64,000 bases of DNA from Candidatus Iainarchaeum sp. (GCA_023129115.1 JAGMCR010000015.1:1-64000), one strand, 5' to 3'; shown: positions 20,295 to 30,121, numbered from the stretch's first letter. The notes: generated from the letters alone by a model not told the origin. Program-made: numbers and translations.

Positions 20295-20626
20295 TCCAAT
20301 CCCGCTTTTTTCAATGTATAGTAATTGTAGTGCTCGAAGTACGCGTTGTCGAACCCCTTGACCTTGGCGTCCGCCAATACCTTTTTGGCAATCACTTCCG
20401 CCACTACATCTGGGTCTGCCGCTATGTCCCTCAGCTCCAATTGTTTCTTGATGTGCTTCTGCAAAGCATTCAGCGATTGGGCTATTTCGCCCTCAATCTT
20501 GTTGGAGAGGCTTTGCTGCCGCCTCTGCTCGGAAGGGGGCCATTTTTTCCCGCCGGTCCAAATCTCGCGCTCCAGCTTCAAGGCGTTGTTGTAATGTTCC
20601 TTCGCCTTCTCGTACTTGAGGGCCAT
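20291..20626 (-). CDS. Hypothetical protein, paralogue of 19785-20294
   Basis: Same shared motifs; ATGA-type overlap with the downstream gene. Confidence 0.7.
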   Translation of the reverse strand: MALKYEKAKEHYNNALKLEREIWTGGKKWPPSEQRRQQSLSNKIEGEIAQSLNALQKHIKKQLELRDIAADPDVVAEVIAKKVLADAKVKGFDNAYFEHYNYYTLKKAGLE

Positions 20627-20694
20627 GCACTAACTATCGATTTCCTGCTTTAAAGCCTTAAGCATAAATACTCATTTTTGGATAATTTAGTGCA

Positions 20695-21999
20695 ATGAAG
20701 AAAAGGCCCTCAAAGCCGGGCAAAAGGGCGCCCGAAAAATATTCGCTCGCCGAGAACGGCGTCTTGACGCCAAAGCGCCGCAAGCGCGTCGACAGTTCCC
20801 TGAAGCGCCTGGACAACCGCTGGATAGTCCGCAGTGTCCGCGGGCTTGGCATCAAGATGCACGTTAGGTCCATGCGCTTCGACCTGGACGGGAAGGTCGT
20901 GCGGGCCCGGCTCGCCGGGCTCACCGGGGGCGTTGCCGGAAAGATTTTCCCGCCGCACATGGACGCCACGCGCGCCGTGCTCACGGCCTTCGGCGGCAAA
21001 AAGGGCCGTGCCGAGGCCAAAGAAATAAAAGAGTCCCAGGTCGAGCGCAAGGAAAAAAAGATATTGAAGCACCTCGACGACCAGGTCAAGCACATCGTGG
21101 AAAAGAACGGGTGGCACCTTTCCTCCGAAGAGATAATCAAGCTCAAGAGGGTCAAGAACAAAATGGGGGACAGGCGCGCCAGGGCCGCTTGGTTCATGGA
21201 CCACCCCGCGTACTGGATTAGCCTGGCCACCATGCTGGTCCCCGTGGGAAAAGCCGGCAAGGGAGTGGCAATCAAGGCCGCGGAGGCGGGAGTGGCCGAG
21301 CTGCTCGAGGAGGGCATGGGAGTGCTCGGCCGGGAAGCAGTCGATGGCATTGAAGACGTTACGCTGGACACTGTTCTTGAGGACGGGTCAATCCGGTTCA
21401 CCGAGGCAGGCCTTAAGGACGCGCCGCACACCAAGCTCGCGAGGATTAGGCACGCGGCCGAGACCCATTACCTCGAGCACAAGCTGAACGTGGCGCTTGG
21501 CCATACCCCTTCTCTGGCGAGCCGCGTCAAGGGTTTCCCAGAGTGGTACCAAAAGCAAAGGATTGCCCACCGCCTGACGGACGGCGAGCTCACGGAAATC
21601 CAGGCGGAGACCAAAGAAAAGCGCGACACTGGCTTTGTGTTTTGCTATAACCACCAGCTGGACTCGCCAACTGTTTCGTTTTATTCCCTCGTGAAGAGGG
21701 GGCACAACTATGAGGTCATTGGCAAAGACGTTCGGGTAAGGGGGACGAGGGTGAAAATCCGCCTCGGGCCAATGGGGAACTTGCATGCCGACGGCCCCAA
21801 AGAAGTAACCAGGACCTTTCCTGCGACGCACGGCACAGTGCAGTACCTGCCGCAGGACGCGGAGCACTTCGAGCAATACGTCGTGAGGCAGCTGAGCTAC
21901 ATCGAGGGCAACAAGAAAAAGCGGGAGAGGCTGACGAGGCGGGTCATGGAAAAGCTGGGCAAGCACCTTGCCTTTGCCAAGGAGCATGGCTCACCCTAG
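20695..21999 (+). CDS. Hypothetical protein with basic N-terminus
   Basis: 434-aa ORF; ATAAATA box upstream. Confidence 0.7.
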   Translation: MKKRPSKPGKRAPEKYSLAENGVLTPKRRKRVDSSLKRLDNRWIVRSVRGLGIKMHVRSMRFDLDGKVVRARLAGLTGGVAGKIFPPHMDATRAVLTAFGGKKGRAEAKEIKESQVERKEKKILKHLDDQVKHIVEKNGWHLSSEEIIKLKRVKNKMGDRRARAAWFMDHPAYWISLATMLVPVGKAGKGVAIKAAEAGVAELLEEGMGVLGREAVDGIEDVTLDTVLEDGSIRFTEAGLKDAPHTKLARIRHAAETHYLEHKLNVALGHTPSLASRVKGFPEWYQKQRIAHRLTDGELTEIQAETKEKRDTGFVFCYNHQLDSPTVSFYSLVKRGHNYEVIGKDVRVRGTRVKIRLGPMGNLHADGPKEVTRTFPATHGTVQYLPQDAEHFEQYVVRQLSYIEGNKKKRERLTRRVMEKLGKHLAFAKEHGSP

Positions 22000-22029
22000 C
22001 CTTCTTAACCCTCCAAAAACCGTGGGGCC

Positions 22030-22227
22030 TTAAGTTGATAACTTCTGGACTTTGGTGGCCTTGGGCCCCTTGTCGCTCTCGGCAACCTCGAACTCGACTT
22101 CATCGCCCTCGTTCAGCCGCATGTCCTCGGGGAGGTCACTGACGTGAACGAAGATGTCTGTCCCGTCTTCCTTTTCGATGAATCCAAATCCCTTCATGGG
22201 GTTGAACCACTTTACTTTGCCTTTCAT
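22030..22227 (-). CDS. csp: Cold-shock domain protein
   Basis: MKGKVKWFNPMKGFGFI...DIFVHVS...GPKATKV (RNP1/RNP2). Confidence 0.95.
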   Translation of the reverse strand: MKGKVKWFNPMKGFGFIEKEDGTDIFVHVSDLPEDMRLNEGDEVEFEVAESDKGPKATKVQKLST

Positions 22228-22314
22228 AAAGAAAAACTCCTATTGGGGCTTGGTTAAGCCGTCCCTCCTTTATAAAACAGCATGATTTTATACCTCCACG
22301 CCAAAAACAAACCC

Positions 22315-23166
22315 ATGAAGCGCGCTATACTTTCCCTACTGCTCATGCTGTCCCTCGTGGCCGCAGAATCCGCGGGCATGCAACTAATGCGGTTCGCCGG
22401 CGACAGCGAAATCGACACGACAATCGACCAAATGGACGCCGCGTACGGACTCGACCTCTCGCCCATGGAGAAAAAAGTAGTCCGCTACTGCATCCGCCGC
22501 GACTGCCCGTACATGAAAAACCCCACTGTCCGCGAAAAAACGGGGGCCATCATGGACAAGTACCTCGAGTACCAGCTCGCCAGCGACGAGGACAGGCCCC
22601 GCATCGAGCGGGAAATGGCTGCAATGGGCGAAGAGCTCAAGGCCATTCTCCCACGCCTCCGCCAAAAGCTCGCCCAGGACATAGTAATCCGCACCCAATC
22701 AATGACCGCCGAGCAGCGCCAGCGCATCCGCGAGCGCCACCCCCGCATCGGCAACATAATCGACAACGCCAAACAAGTCCAGGTCACCCGCCGCGTCAAC
22801 GTCTACCAGTCCGAAGACCCCGCAACGGGCGCGACAGACGAATGGACCTTCGTCACCCTGGAGGCAACCGGCGGGAACTCCCTCGTCGAAATCATTCCCA
22901 AAGAAGTCGCCGCGTCGGCCTCGCTCGTGTCAAGCGACCAGGAATTCACCGTGCTTGAGGACGACCCCATACTCGAGTGGGACATCTCGGCCAGGAGTGA
23001 AGTGACTTATTCCGTGCCCGGCGACAAGAGCGCCCTCGTGACCGACGGGCCGGCAATCGTCTACGACAAAAGCGGCAGCCCGTTCCTGATTATTGGTGTC
23101 GTGCTGCTCCTCGTGCTGGTGGCGGGGGGCGCGTTCTTCCTGAGCAAGAAGAAAAAAGGAAAGTAA
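22315..23166 (+). CDS. Secreted, C-terminally membrane-anchored hypothetical protein
   Basis: Signal peptide MKRAILSLLL..; C-terminal TM followed by KKKKGK. Confidence 0.8.
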   Translation: MKRAILSLLLMLSLVAAESAGMQLMRFAGDSEIDTTIDQMDAAYGLDLSPMEKKVVRYCIRRDCPYMKNPTVREKTGAIMDKYLEYQLASDEDRPRIEREMAAMGEELKAILPRLRQKLAQDIVIRTQSMTAEQRQRIRERHPRIGNIIDNAKQVQVTRRVNVYQSEDPATGATDEWTFVTLEATGGNSLVEIIPKEVAASASLVSSDQEFTVLEDDPILEWDISARSEVTYSVPGDKSALVTDGPAIVYDKSGSPFLIIGVVLLLVLVAGGAFFLSKKKKGK

Positions 23167-23167
23167 T

Positions 23168-25186
23168 ATGCGGCGGCTCATTGCATACGCATTCCTGCTC
23201 CTCGGCGTACTCGACACGCTCGGCCTCCTCACCGGCGCGCTTGACGTCGGGGAGCGCGTGCTTTCCTCGGTGCTGCTCCTCCTCCTTTGGTACGGCACAG
23301 ACCTCCCAAAGCACTTGTTCGGCGAGAGCAACCGCTTCGAGAACATAGCTTTCCTCGCCATCCTGTACACGCTTTCCCTGAAAAACCTCTTGTACCACTT
23401 TGGCGGCTTCCTCCCCCCCGCAGCCCTGTCGATGCTCAGTTACGGGTCGCTCCTAATCGGCTTCGCCGCACTCAATATATTTTTGGTCTACATCGCGCTG
23501 AAGAAGCGCTTCCGCAAAAAGTCCATTGTACATCGCGCCGTCCTCTCCGCCAAAAAATACTTGCCACTGCAGTTCAAGAGCGACGCCCTCCAGTTCGTTG
23601 CACTGAACTTCGTGTGCGTCACTTTCTTCTTGTTCGTGTTCGACCCGATTTCGCAGTGGCTCATCGCCAGCCTCGACAAGTCCCTCCTGATTATCGCACT
23701 CGCCTACCTGGCCCTGAACCGGGGCGGGGTCAAGAAGGCGGTTGACGCCGAAGAGTCGCTAATCAATACTCTCCTGCGCACGTTCAAGGCGCGTGCCCCC
23801 CTCGCGCTATCGCTTGTCGTGCTGGTCTTCTTCCTCAGCGAAATCGGCTTCTTCCTCGTGCCCCTGTTCACGGGCGCGTTCGACCCCCAGCTCGAGGGCG
23901 CCTATGCGTCCCTCCCGGGGCTAATCGCGCAGTCCGGGGCCCCCTCAATCCCCGTCTACTTCCTCTCCATAACTGCATTCCTTCTCTTCGTGGCCGTGCC
24001 CGGCTACCTGCTCGCCAGCCAGGCAATCAACCGCCGCGTCGACGGCCGGCTAATCGCCCGCATTTCGCCGCTCGCGCTCGCGTCGTTCTTCGCGTACTTT
24101 GCCTCGGGGGTGTTCCACGTCGAGTCCCTCGCGTCCAAGGCCATGATTGGCGTCGCCATCTGGCTCTCGCCGTTTCCCGGCGGCTGGCTAATCACGTTCG
24201 CTGCGCTGGCAGTCCTCGCCGCCTCCGCCATTGGCGTCTGGGCGTCGCGGCGCTTCCGCGAGGCTGCGTCGGTCGCGACGGTCCTGGTCTCGCTCGTGTT
24301 CTTCGGCGACTACTTCGCCAAGTTCTTTGTGTCGTCGTTCCAGTACTTTTCGTCCGGCCTCTCGGGCGCCATTGGCATAGTCTTCGCGAACTACCTGCTC
24401 GTCACAATCGTTTTCTTTGCCGCCACCGCCGCCGCGTTCATGCGCTACTGCTCCAAGGCGGCGGCAAAGTTCGCGGGCGAGAGAGTGGTCCTCTTCACGC
24501 TGTGCGCCGGCTACCTCATCGCGTTCGCCTCTTACAGCTCCACCCCGGCCGCTGGCGTGCTTGGCGTGCTGGCCAACCCCGTGCTGATTGCGTTCGCCGC
24601 GCTGGCCGCCGTGGCATACGCAAAAAAGGCCCTGAGGCCCCTCGCCATGTTCTTCGCGGCCAGCGCAGCAATGTTCGTCGTGGCCTACGCTGGCGCCTTC
24701 GCCGGGCTGCCCGCGGCTGCGAGGCTTTTGCTGCCGGGCGGCGTGATGCTCGCGTTCGCGTGGAAAAAGCTGGGACTGCCGCGCCTGTCCTCGCGCGGCC
24801 TGGTGCTCTCCGGTGCCGCCGGAATCGCAATCGGCCTGCTGAGCTTTGCCTCGGGGGAGTCGGCGACCCTCGTGTTCGCCAACAGCCCGTGGCCGTGGAT
24901 ACTGTTTTTTTCGGCGTTCACTGCCGTGAGCGAGGAAGCGTTTTTCCGGGGCATGCTGTTCTCGTCGCTGCGGCGCGGCTACGGGTTCATGGGTGCCGCG
25001 GTCCTGTCGTCGGCGTTGTTCGCCGCGGCGCACCTCGCGAAATTCGCCGGGCTTGAAGTACTTGCCGTGCTCTTCGCCGCGGGCCTTGCGTTCGCGTGGC
25101 TCTGCGAGAGGCATTCCATTGGCTACGCCGTGCTGGCGCACTTCGCGTCCAACGTGGTGCTGCTCTCGCTGCTCTATTTCGTGTAA
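23168..25186 (+). CDS. Large polytopic membrane protein with C-terminal CPBP (CAAX/Abi) intramembrane protease domain
   Basis: EEAFFRG, FAAAH and AHFASN motifs. Confidence 0.85.
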   Translation: MRRLIAYAFLLLGVLDTLGLLTGALDVGERVLSSVLLLLLWYGTDLPKHLFGESNRFENIAFLAILYTLSLKNLLYHFGGFLPPAALSMLSYGSLLIGFAALNIFLVYIALKKRFRKKSIVHRAVLSAKKYLPLQFKSDALQFVALNFVCVTFFLFVFDPISQWLIASLDKSLLIIALAYLALNRGGVKKAVDAEESLINTLLRTFKARAPLALSLVVLVFFLSEIGFFLVPLFTGAFDPQLEGAYASLPGLIAQSGAPSIPVYFLSITAFLLFVAVPGYLLASQAINRRVDGRLIARISPLALASFFAYFASGVFHVESLASKAMIGVAIWLSPFPGGWLITFAALAVLAASAIGVWASRRFREAASVATVLVSLVFFGDYFAKFFVSSFQYFSSGLSGAIGIVFANYLLVTIVFFAATAAAFMRYCSKAAAKFAGERVVLFTLCAGYLIAFASYSSTPAAGVLGVLANPVLIAFAALAAVAYAKKALRPLAMFFAASAAMFVVAYAGAFAGLPAAARLLLPGGVMLAFAWKKLGLPRLSSRGLVLSGAAGIAIGLLSFASGESATLVFANSPWPWILFFSAFTAVSEEAFFRGMLFSSLRRGYGFMGAAVLSSALFAAAHLAKFAGLEVLAVLFAAGLAFAWLCERHSIGYAVLAHFASNVVLLSLLYFV

Positions 25187-25219
25187 GGCTTTTATATGAA
25201 TGCGGGCTTATTGAGTGGC

Positions 25220-25477
25220 ATGAAGAAAAAGCACGTGCCTGTCCTGTTTTTGATGGCGCTTGTCGCCCTGATGTTCTCCGCGGTATTCGTGAACATGGAC
25301 GTGCTGGCGTGCGTGGCCGGCGAGCCCGCTGATGCCATACCCTGCATCCAGTCGCTGTGGAAGGCTCCGCTCGACTACCAGTGGCAGATTGCGATGACTT
25401 CGGTGCTGGTGCTGGCTGCGCTGGTGGCTCTTGTTCTTGTGCTGCGGCAGTCGCTGTCCTCGCGCCTATGCAAGTGA
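25220..25477 (+). CDS. Small membrane protein
   Basis: Two hydrophobic segments. Confidence 0.55.
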   Translation: MKKKHVPVLFLMALVALMFSAVFVNMDVLACVAGEPADAIPCIQSLWKAPLDYQWQIAMTSVLVLAALVALVLVLRQSLSSRLCK

Positions 25478-25981
25478 GACAAGCCCGCCCAGGAGAATTA
25501 TTCCCACGGCTATTGCCGCCGCAATCATCACGAGGAACGAGTAGAACGCGTGCTTGAGCTCGGTCTTGTAGTAGGCCTGGAACGCGAGCACCCACAGGAT
25601 TCCGCCGAACACCATGTTTATCGAGTCCCAAATGGGCAGGTCAATCACGCCAATCATCTGGCTGCCGAAGGTGAACACGAACCCGATTGCGTTCAGGCTG
25701 CCGACGATGCCGGCCCAGCCCTGCCAGCGCTGCTTCTTGCCCCAGCGCCCGCCCGCCCACTTGCCGACGGCCGTGCCGAGCACTGCGGACACCAGCGCGA
25801 AGCCGCCAATCATCGTGATTGACACGAGCGCCATTTCCATCAGCTCTGCGTCGGCGTACGTGAGCACCATGGCCGACACAATGGCCGCGCCCACGATTAT
25901 GATGATGGCCGTGCCAAGCTCCATTTTCCGGTATGGCTTTATCCACTTTTCAGGCACTGTCTGCTGCATTTCATACACCAC
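25466..25981 (-). CDS. Membrane protein, paralogue of 51877-52401
   Basis: PEKWxKP, WGKK..WQG and FQxYYxT..KHAxY shared. Confidence 0.8.
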   Translation of the reverse strand: MVYEMQQTVPEKWIKPYRKMELGTAIIIIVGAAIVSAMVLTYADAELMEMALVSITMIGGFALVSAVLGTAVGKWAGGRWGKKQRWQGWAGIVGSLNAIGFVFTFGSQMIGVIDLPIWDSINMVFGGILWVLAFQAYYKTELKHAFYSFLVMIAAAIAVGIILLGGLVSLA

Positions 25982-26798
25982 ACTCGAATTCTATCGAGTT
26001 GAACAGCACGTCTCCAGAGATGGGCACGAGCCTGTACTTGCCCGTGGTGTAGTCGCACTCGTCCACGCCGTACTTGCTGTTCTTGATGGTGATTTCCACT
26101 TTGCTGTTCTTGGGTATGTTGGACGGCAATTCGAACTCGAGGCACGTCTTGGTTATTTCGCCGCTGGCGTCGAGCTCGTATACGCGGACCATTGGCTTGC
26201 CTGTGGGGTACCCCCCGGTGTTCCACAGGTTGAACACGAGGTTGGTTGCGCCGCACCACTTTTCTATGACTGTGAGATAGGTGTACACGCCCTCGGGCGT
26301 GGGGACTGGCGTGGGCTTCACGCACTCCTCGTCCTTTATGCACTTGTTCATGGGCTCGCACCACTCGTAGCCCCTGCCGGTGTCGCAGCCGTGCTCGTCG
26401 ATGCCGCCCCCGGCCTGCCCGCCGGGGGGCTCGTCAGTGATTTCCCAGTTGTCGAGGTATACCTGTATTTGCTCTCCCGCGAGCGCGAAATGGACTGTGA
26501 AGCAGCCCGTGCAGCCCGCTGTGTCTACCCTCGTGAGCGTCAGGCCGTCCTGGCTGCCCAGGTGCTCGACCGCTGTTTTGGCGGCTGCCCTGTCGTCGTC
26601 TCCTGTTATCTCCCACGTGCGCAGGCACACGCCTAGTTCGCTGTCCCACGAATAGCCCGCGGGCCCGAGGCACCCGTGCTCGTCGGTCTCTCCCCCAATT
26701 GGCTGTTCTCCGCCGCCGGGCTGTCCGTTGCCGGCCGGCGCCTCCTGCACGCAGCCAACGGCGAGTATAAGCATGATTAGCAAAGCAATCTTTTTCAA
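25971..26798 (-). CDS. Lipoprotein/secreted protein with GG..DEHGC....GYxW repeats
   Basis: Signal KKIALLIMLILAVGC; two DEHGC repeats; GAGGTG RBS. The longer N-terminal extension in the ORF track overlaps another gene. Confidence 0.8.
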   Translation of the reverse strand: MKKIALLIMLILAVGCVQEAPAGNGQPGGGEQPIGGETDEHGCLGPAGYSWDSELGVCLRTWEITGDDDRAAAKTAVEHLGSQDGLTLTRVDTAGCTGCFTVHFALAGEQIQVYLDNWEITDEPPGGQAGGGIDEHGCDTGRGYEWCEPMNKCIKDEECVKPTPVPTPEGVYTYLTVIEKWCGATNLVFNLWNTGGYPTGKPMVRVYELDASGEITKTCLEFELPSNIPKNSKVEITIKNSKYGVDECDYTTGKYRLVPISGDVLFNSIEFECGV

Positions 26799-26836
26799 CA
26801 AAAACACCTCATCCCTTATTGTTTGCGTACGGGTTT

Positions 26837-27457
26837 TTATTGGTTTTCGTCTTCTGCGCGGCTTTGCTTCCATTCCTCGACCGCGTTTCTCCACACGCGC
26901 CACTCTCGTTTGTTCTTGGCCATGGGGTACATGGTGCCGAGGTTGCCCGGCTCGCCTTTCTTGCGGAGTGCTTTGTCGATAGTGTTGAGTGCTTTTGGCT
27001 TGCCTTTTTCGTCGTAGAGCCCGACTAATTTGTTTGCCTCGTCGAGGCGCTGGAACAGTATTTCGACGCGGTCGCCGTTGAGGCGCCTCGGCGCCGGCTT
27101 TTTCTTGAGGTGGTGGCCGTAGTGGAGCTGCAGGGCTTTGCCGAGGTGCGGGTCCTGGATTAATTCCCTGAACTGGGTGTAGAGCCACGAGTCGCTTCTC
27201 TTGAACTTTTTCAGGAGCTTCCATTCGAGTGACGCCCATGTTGGACGCTTGGTGGGGTGGCTCATTTCGCTGTACAGCACGGTGCCGGCCTCGTGCGCGA
27301 TTTTCTTGACGTCGCCGATTCTGATGAGGCCCTTGTGTGCCTTGAGCTTTTTGAGCGCGGCCTTGAGCTTTTTTTCTGTGTGCCCGGCAGCTGCTTGCTT
27401 GTGGGTGCAGTACTTGCTGTTGCGCAGGCTCTTGACGCGGCCCTGTATTTTTTCCAT
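26837..27457 (-). CDS. Hypothetical basic protein (cargo)
   Basis: ATG lies about 22 nt from the GGAATAAAAA promoter repeat. Confidence 0.7.
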   Translation of the reverse strand: MEKIQGRVKSLRNSKYCTHKQAAAGHTEKKLKAALKKLKAHKGLIRIGDVKKIAHEAGTVLYSEMSHPTKRPTWASLEWKLLKKFKRSDSWLYTQFRELIQDPHLGKALQLHYGHHLKKKPAPRRLNGDRVEILFQRLDEANKLVGLYDEKGKPKALNTIDKALRKKGEPGNLGTMYPMAKNKREWRVWRNAVEEWKQSRAEDENQ

Positions 27458-27478
27458 TAGCAATAATTACACTTCCAC

Positions 27479-27493
27479 GGAATAAAAACCCTA
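27479..27493. promoter_or_regulatory. First of about 15 copies of a back-to-back TATA-like motif GGA(A)TAA(G/A)AAAC(G/C)CTTTTATCC
   Basis: Copies at 27479, 27929, 28361, 28898, 29494, 30095, 31428, 32626 (half), 33408, 35101/35138 (split), 35996, 39215, 41507, 42928, 48028; related AACGCTTTTATTC at 50285 and 52491. Start codons lie about 20-30 nt away on either side. Confidence 0.8.
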
Positions 27494-27907
27494 GGCTTCC
27501 TCTGCTTCTGATGCGCTTGGCTTGAACGCTTCTGTGTCCTGCTGGACCGGCTCTTCTTTTGCCTCTGGCTCGCCTTCCCCTAGCCCCGGCTCCTTTTTTT
27601 GTAGCTCGAACCGGCCTATCTCGAACAAGTGGCTTTTGTGCCATAGGCTGGCGCTGAAGAGCACAGTCGCGAGCACGATGGCGCCGAGGGCGTACCCGAG
27701 GAGCATGGCGATGTCGGAGTGCATTTGGCTGCCTGCCATGAACAAGACAATGACTACGACGCCCAGAATGGTTGCGGCCCTGAAGAAGCCGAGTGCTTCG
27801 TCGCCGAGCCTCTCGGCTTCTGCGCCGGGTATCACTACCCGCCCGTCGGCCAGCGTAACAACTTCTTTTTGCCCGGCCATGGTCTTTGTTACCGGAACTA
27901 TGGGCAT
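27491..27907 (-). CDS. Small membrane protein (cargo)
   Basis: Two TM segments; stop abuts the promoter repeat. Confidence 0.7.
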   Translation of the reverse strand: MPIVPVTKTMAGQKEVVTLADGRVVIPGAEAERLGDEALGFFRAATILGVVVIVLFMAGSQMHSDIAMLLGYALGAIVLATVLFSASLWHKSHLFEIGRFELQKKEPGLGEGEPEAKEEPVQQDTEAFKPSASEAEEA

Positions 27908-27941
27908 AGCCCTGCCTAATGCGCCCGTGGAATAAAAACCC

Positions 27942-28340
27942 TTACATGCAGACGCAGTCCATGCGCGTAGTCATTTCGTCGCACATGAGCGAGCCCAGGC
28001 TCTTGCCCTGGGCCTCACAGTAATTTGCGCAGGCGGCGTGGACCTCGCTTTTTTGTTCCATGGTCCCCATTTCATAGTACGAGCAGTGCTGGGGGATGTC
28101 TTCCCACGCGCGTGGCTCCGGCGTTGGCTCTGGGGTTGCTGTTGGCGTTGCGGTTGGCTCTGGCGTTGCGGTTGGGGTTGCCTCTGGCGTCGGCGTGGGG
28201 GTTGGCGTTGGCGTCGCGGCTGGCGTCGCAGCGGGAGTGGATATTATTTCGGCACCGGGCTCGCCCATTTTAGGGGTTTCCTTCACGCATCCCACGAGCA
28301 CTACCAGCACAACAACAATGAGCAGCGTGGGCCTTCTCAT
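27942..28340 (-). CDS. Lipoprotein with PT-rich linker and Cys-rich tip (cargo)
   Basis: Lipobox LVGC; TP repeats; 6 Cys at the C-terminus. Confidence 0.8.
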   Translation of the reverse strand: MRRPTLLIVVVLVVLVGCVKETPKMGEPGAEIISTPAATPAATPTPTPTPTPEATPTATPEPTATPTATPEPTPEPRAWEDIPQHCSYYEMGTMEQKSEVHAACANYCEAQGKSLGSLMCDEMTTRMDCVCM

Positions 28341-28373
28341 GCTTTTTTCAACTCGCTTGTGGAATAAAAGCCC

Positions 28374-28877
28374 TTATGCGCGGACTGGCTTTGCCTCGCG
28401 CACGTGCTTTTTCACGCCTATTTTTTTGGCGTATTCTTCGCGCTTTTCAAAAAATTTGTTTCTTTCCTGGGACAAGCTGTTTTTTTGGTGCCACTTGGGC
28501 GTGTATTCCACAAGGGCGTCGTAGAATTCGTCGAGCCTCGCGCGCTCTTTTTTGTTGAGCTTGCTGTCTGCCGCTGTCTGGTGCATGTCGTGGAGTGCGT
28601 TTACATGGATTAGTTGCTTGAGGCCGCCGGGGGTCCTGAATGACTCGACAGCCCTCTTGAACAGCGCCGTTTTTTCGCCTCCGGGCTGGGCTTGGATTGC
28701 TTGCTTGTACACGAAGTCGATGTGGTCTTTCAGGACGTTTACGGGCTCGTACAGCTCGTTGCTTATTCCTTTTTGCTCTTGGTCGTAGTATTCCTCGTAG
28801 TCGTTGACGTCTCGCTCGCTGGGGTGTACCCCAAGGAATCCGAGGAGCTTGTGGTGCCTGACTTTCCACGCCGCCAT
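28374..28877 (-). CDS. Hypothetical protein (cargo)
   Basis: ATG 28877 is about 21 nt from the promoter repeat; the stop lies inside the previous repeat. Confidence 0.7.
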   Translation of the reverse strand: MAAWKVRHHKLLGFLGVHPSERDVNDYEEYYDQEQKGISNELYEPVNVLKDHIDFVYKQAIQAQPGGEKTALFKRAVESFRTPGGLKQLIHVNALHDMHQTAADSKLNKKERARLDEFYDALVEYTPKWHQKNSLSQERNKFFEKREEYAKKIGVKKHVREAKPVRA

Positions 28878-28916
28878 GCAGTAATTACTGCTTTTCTGGA
28901 ATAAAAACCCTTTTAT

Positions 28917-28975
28917 CCAGCTGAAACTCAGCTGGCACGTTGTCCGTAGCCGCTTACGCGGCCAGCGGACTAACC
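28917..28975. repeat. Modular hairpin repeat copy
   Basis: CCAGCTGA-AAC-TCAGCTGG then GTTGTCCGT..GCGGACTAAC; homologous to 13925, 33429, 44270. Confidence 0.8.
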
Positions 28976-29052
28976 TTCTTTTATAGTTACGTCGAGAACC
29001 CATGGTGTGGGGGGGCCATGCTTATAAATATGTGTTTTGATAATGTGTTTGT

Positions 29053-29253
29053 ATGAAGTTTAGTGTTGTTCTTGAGAAAGAGGACAAGGGTTATTCTGTT
29101 AGTTGTCCTGCTCTTCCGGGGTGCCACTCACAAGGCGAGACGAAGAAGGGGGCGCTTAAGAACATTAAAGAGGCTATTGAGCTGTATGTGGAAACCCTTA
29201 ACACGCGGGTCAGGCCGCACGGAGCCGTGTCCGTTGCCAAAGTAATGGTTTGA
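29053..29253 (+). CDS. hicB: HicB-family antitoxin
   Basis: YSVSCPALPGCHSQGET...ALKNIKEAIELY. Confidence 0.9.
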   Translation: MKFSVVLEKEDKGYSVSCPALPGCHSQGETKKGALKNIKEAIELYVETLNTRVRPHGAVSVAKVMV

Positions 29254-29256
29254 GCC

Positions 29257-29475
29257 ATGAAGCTGCCGGTTGTTTCGGGGAGAGATGCTGTCAAAGCATT
29301 TTCTAGGGTTGGGTGGAAGCCGACCCGGCAGAGGGGGAGCCATGTTGTCCTGGAAAAAGCTGGCGAGGAAATAGTCCTGACAATCCCTCTTCACAACGAG
29401 CTAAAGAAAGGGCTGCTGCACGGCCTAATCAAAGACGCAGGCCTAAGCGTTGCGGCGTTCACACGGCTGCTATGA
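29257..29475 (+). CDS. hicA: HicA-family mRNA interferase toxin
   Basis: RQRGSHVVL...TIPLH..LKKGLL..LIKDAGL. Confidence 0.9.
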   Translation: MKLPVVSGRDAVKAFSRVGWKPTRQRGSHVVLEKAGEEIVLTIPLHNELKKGLLHGLIKDAGLSVAAFTRLL

Positions 29476-29586
29476 CGCTTGAGCCACCCACGCGGAATAA
29501 GAAACTCTTTTATCCCTCTTTAAATCTTGTAACTCCTACAAAATTACCGAAAGCTTTATATTTTGTAGCTTCTACAAAATTGGGTA

Positions 29587-29952
29587 ATGGTCGAGGTGGA
29601 AGCGCTTGGCAAAGAAGCCCTTTTGCGGATTAATGAGGCGATTCCGTACAAGTCTGGCGAGGGAGTGGTTTCGGACGCGAACCTGGATTTTGTGGTTTAC
29701 CGGACTGGGGCCACGCGTGGCGTCAACCGGAAGGCGGCTGTGTTGATGAAGTCGCTTGTCGAGAGCCATGCGTTCAGGGACGGGAACAAGCGGACTGCGT
29801 TTGTCGCGGCCAAGGCTTTGCTGGAGGCGAACGGCAAGAGGCTGGACAGGATTCACGAGTACACGAAGATTGAGTTCACTCTTGCTGTGGCTGGGGGGAA
29901 AGTGCCCGTCAACAAAATGGCGATGTGGTTCGCCAACCACTCGAGGAAGTGA
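29587..29952 (+). CDS. Fic/Doc family toxin
   Basis: HAFRDGNKRTA motif. Confidence 0.9.
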   Translation: MVEVEALGKEALLRINEAIPYKSGEGVVSDANLDFVVYRTGATRGVNRKAAVLMKSLVESHAFRDGNKRTAFVAAKALLEANGKRLDRIHEYTKIEFTLAVAGGKVPVNKMAMWFANHSRK

Positions 29953-29958
29953 GTTGCA

Positions 29959-30087
29959 GTGAAGGAGATTAAGGTGACCGGGAAGAAGCGGCCGGTGAAG
30001 GCGGCCGAGTGGAAGGACGTCAGCAAGATAGTGAAGCGCATCATCAAGGAAGAGCGGCGTTTCCTGTCGGCAATGGCGCACCTCTAG
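29959..30087 (+). CDS. Putative 42-aa Doc antitoxin (not in the ORF track)
   Basis: MKEIKVTGKKRPVKAAEWKDVSKIVKRIIKEERRFLSAMAHL; amphipathic C-terminal helix like Phd-type antitoxin tails; directly follows the toxin. Confidence 0.55.
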   Translation: MKEIKVTGKKRPVKAAEWKDVSKIVKRIIKEERRFLSAMAHL

Positions 30088-30121
30088 CCACGCGGGATAA
30101 GAAACGCTTTAAATCCGTGGG

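Noticed and set aside
28917-28975. Hammerhead or other self-cleaving ribozyme
   Set aside because: GAAA is present but I found no CUGAnGA core in the right geometry on either strand.
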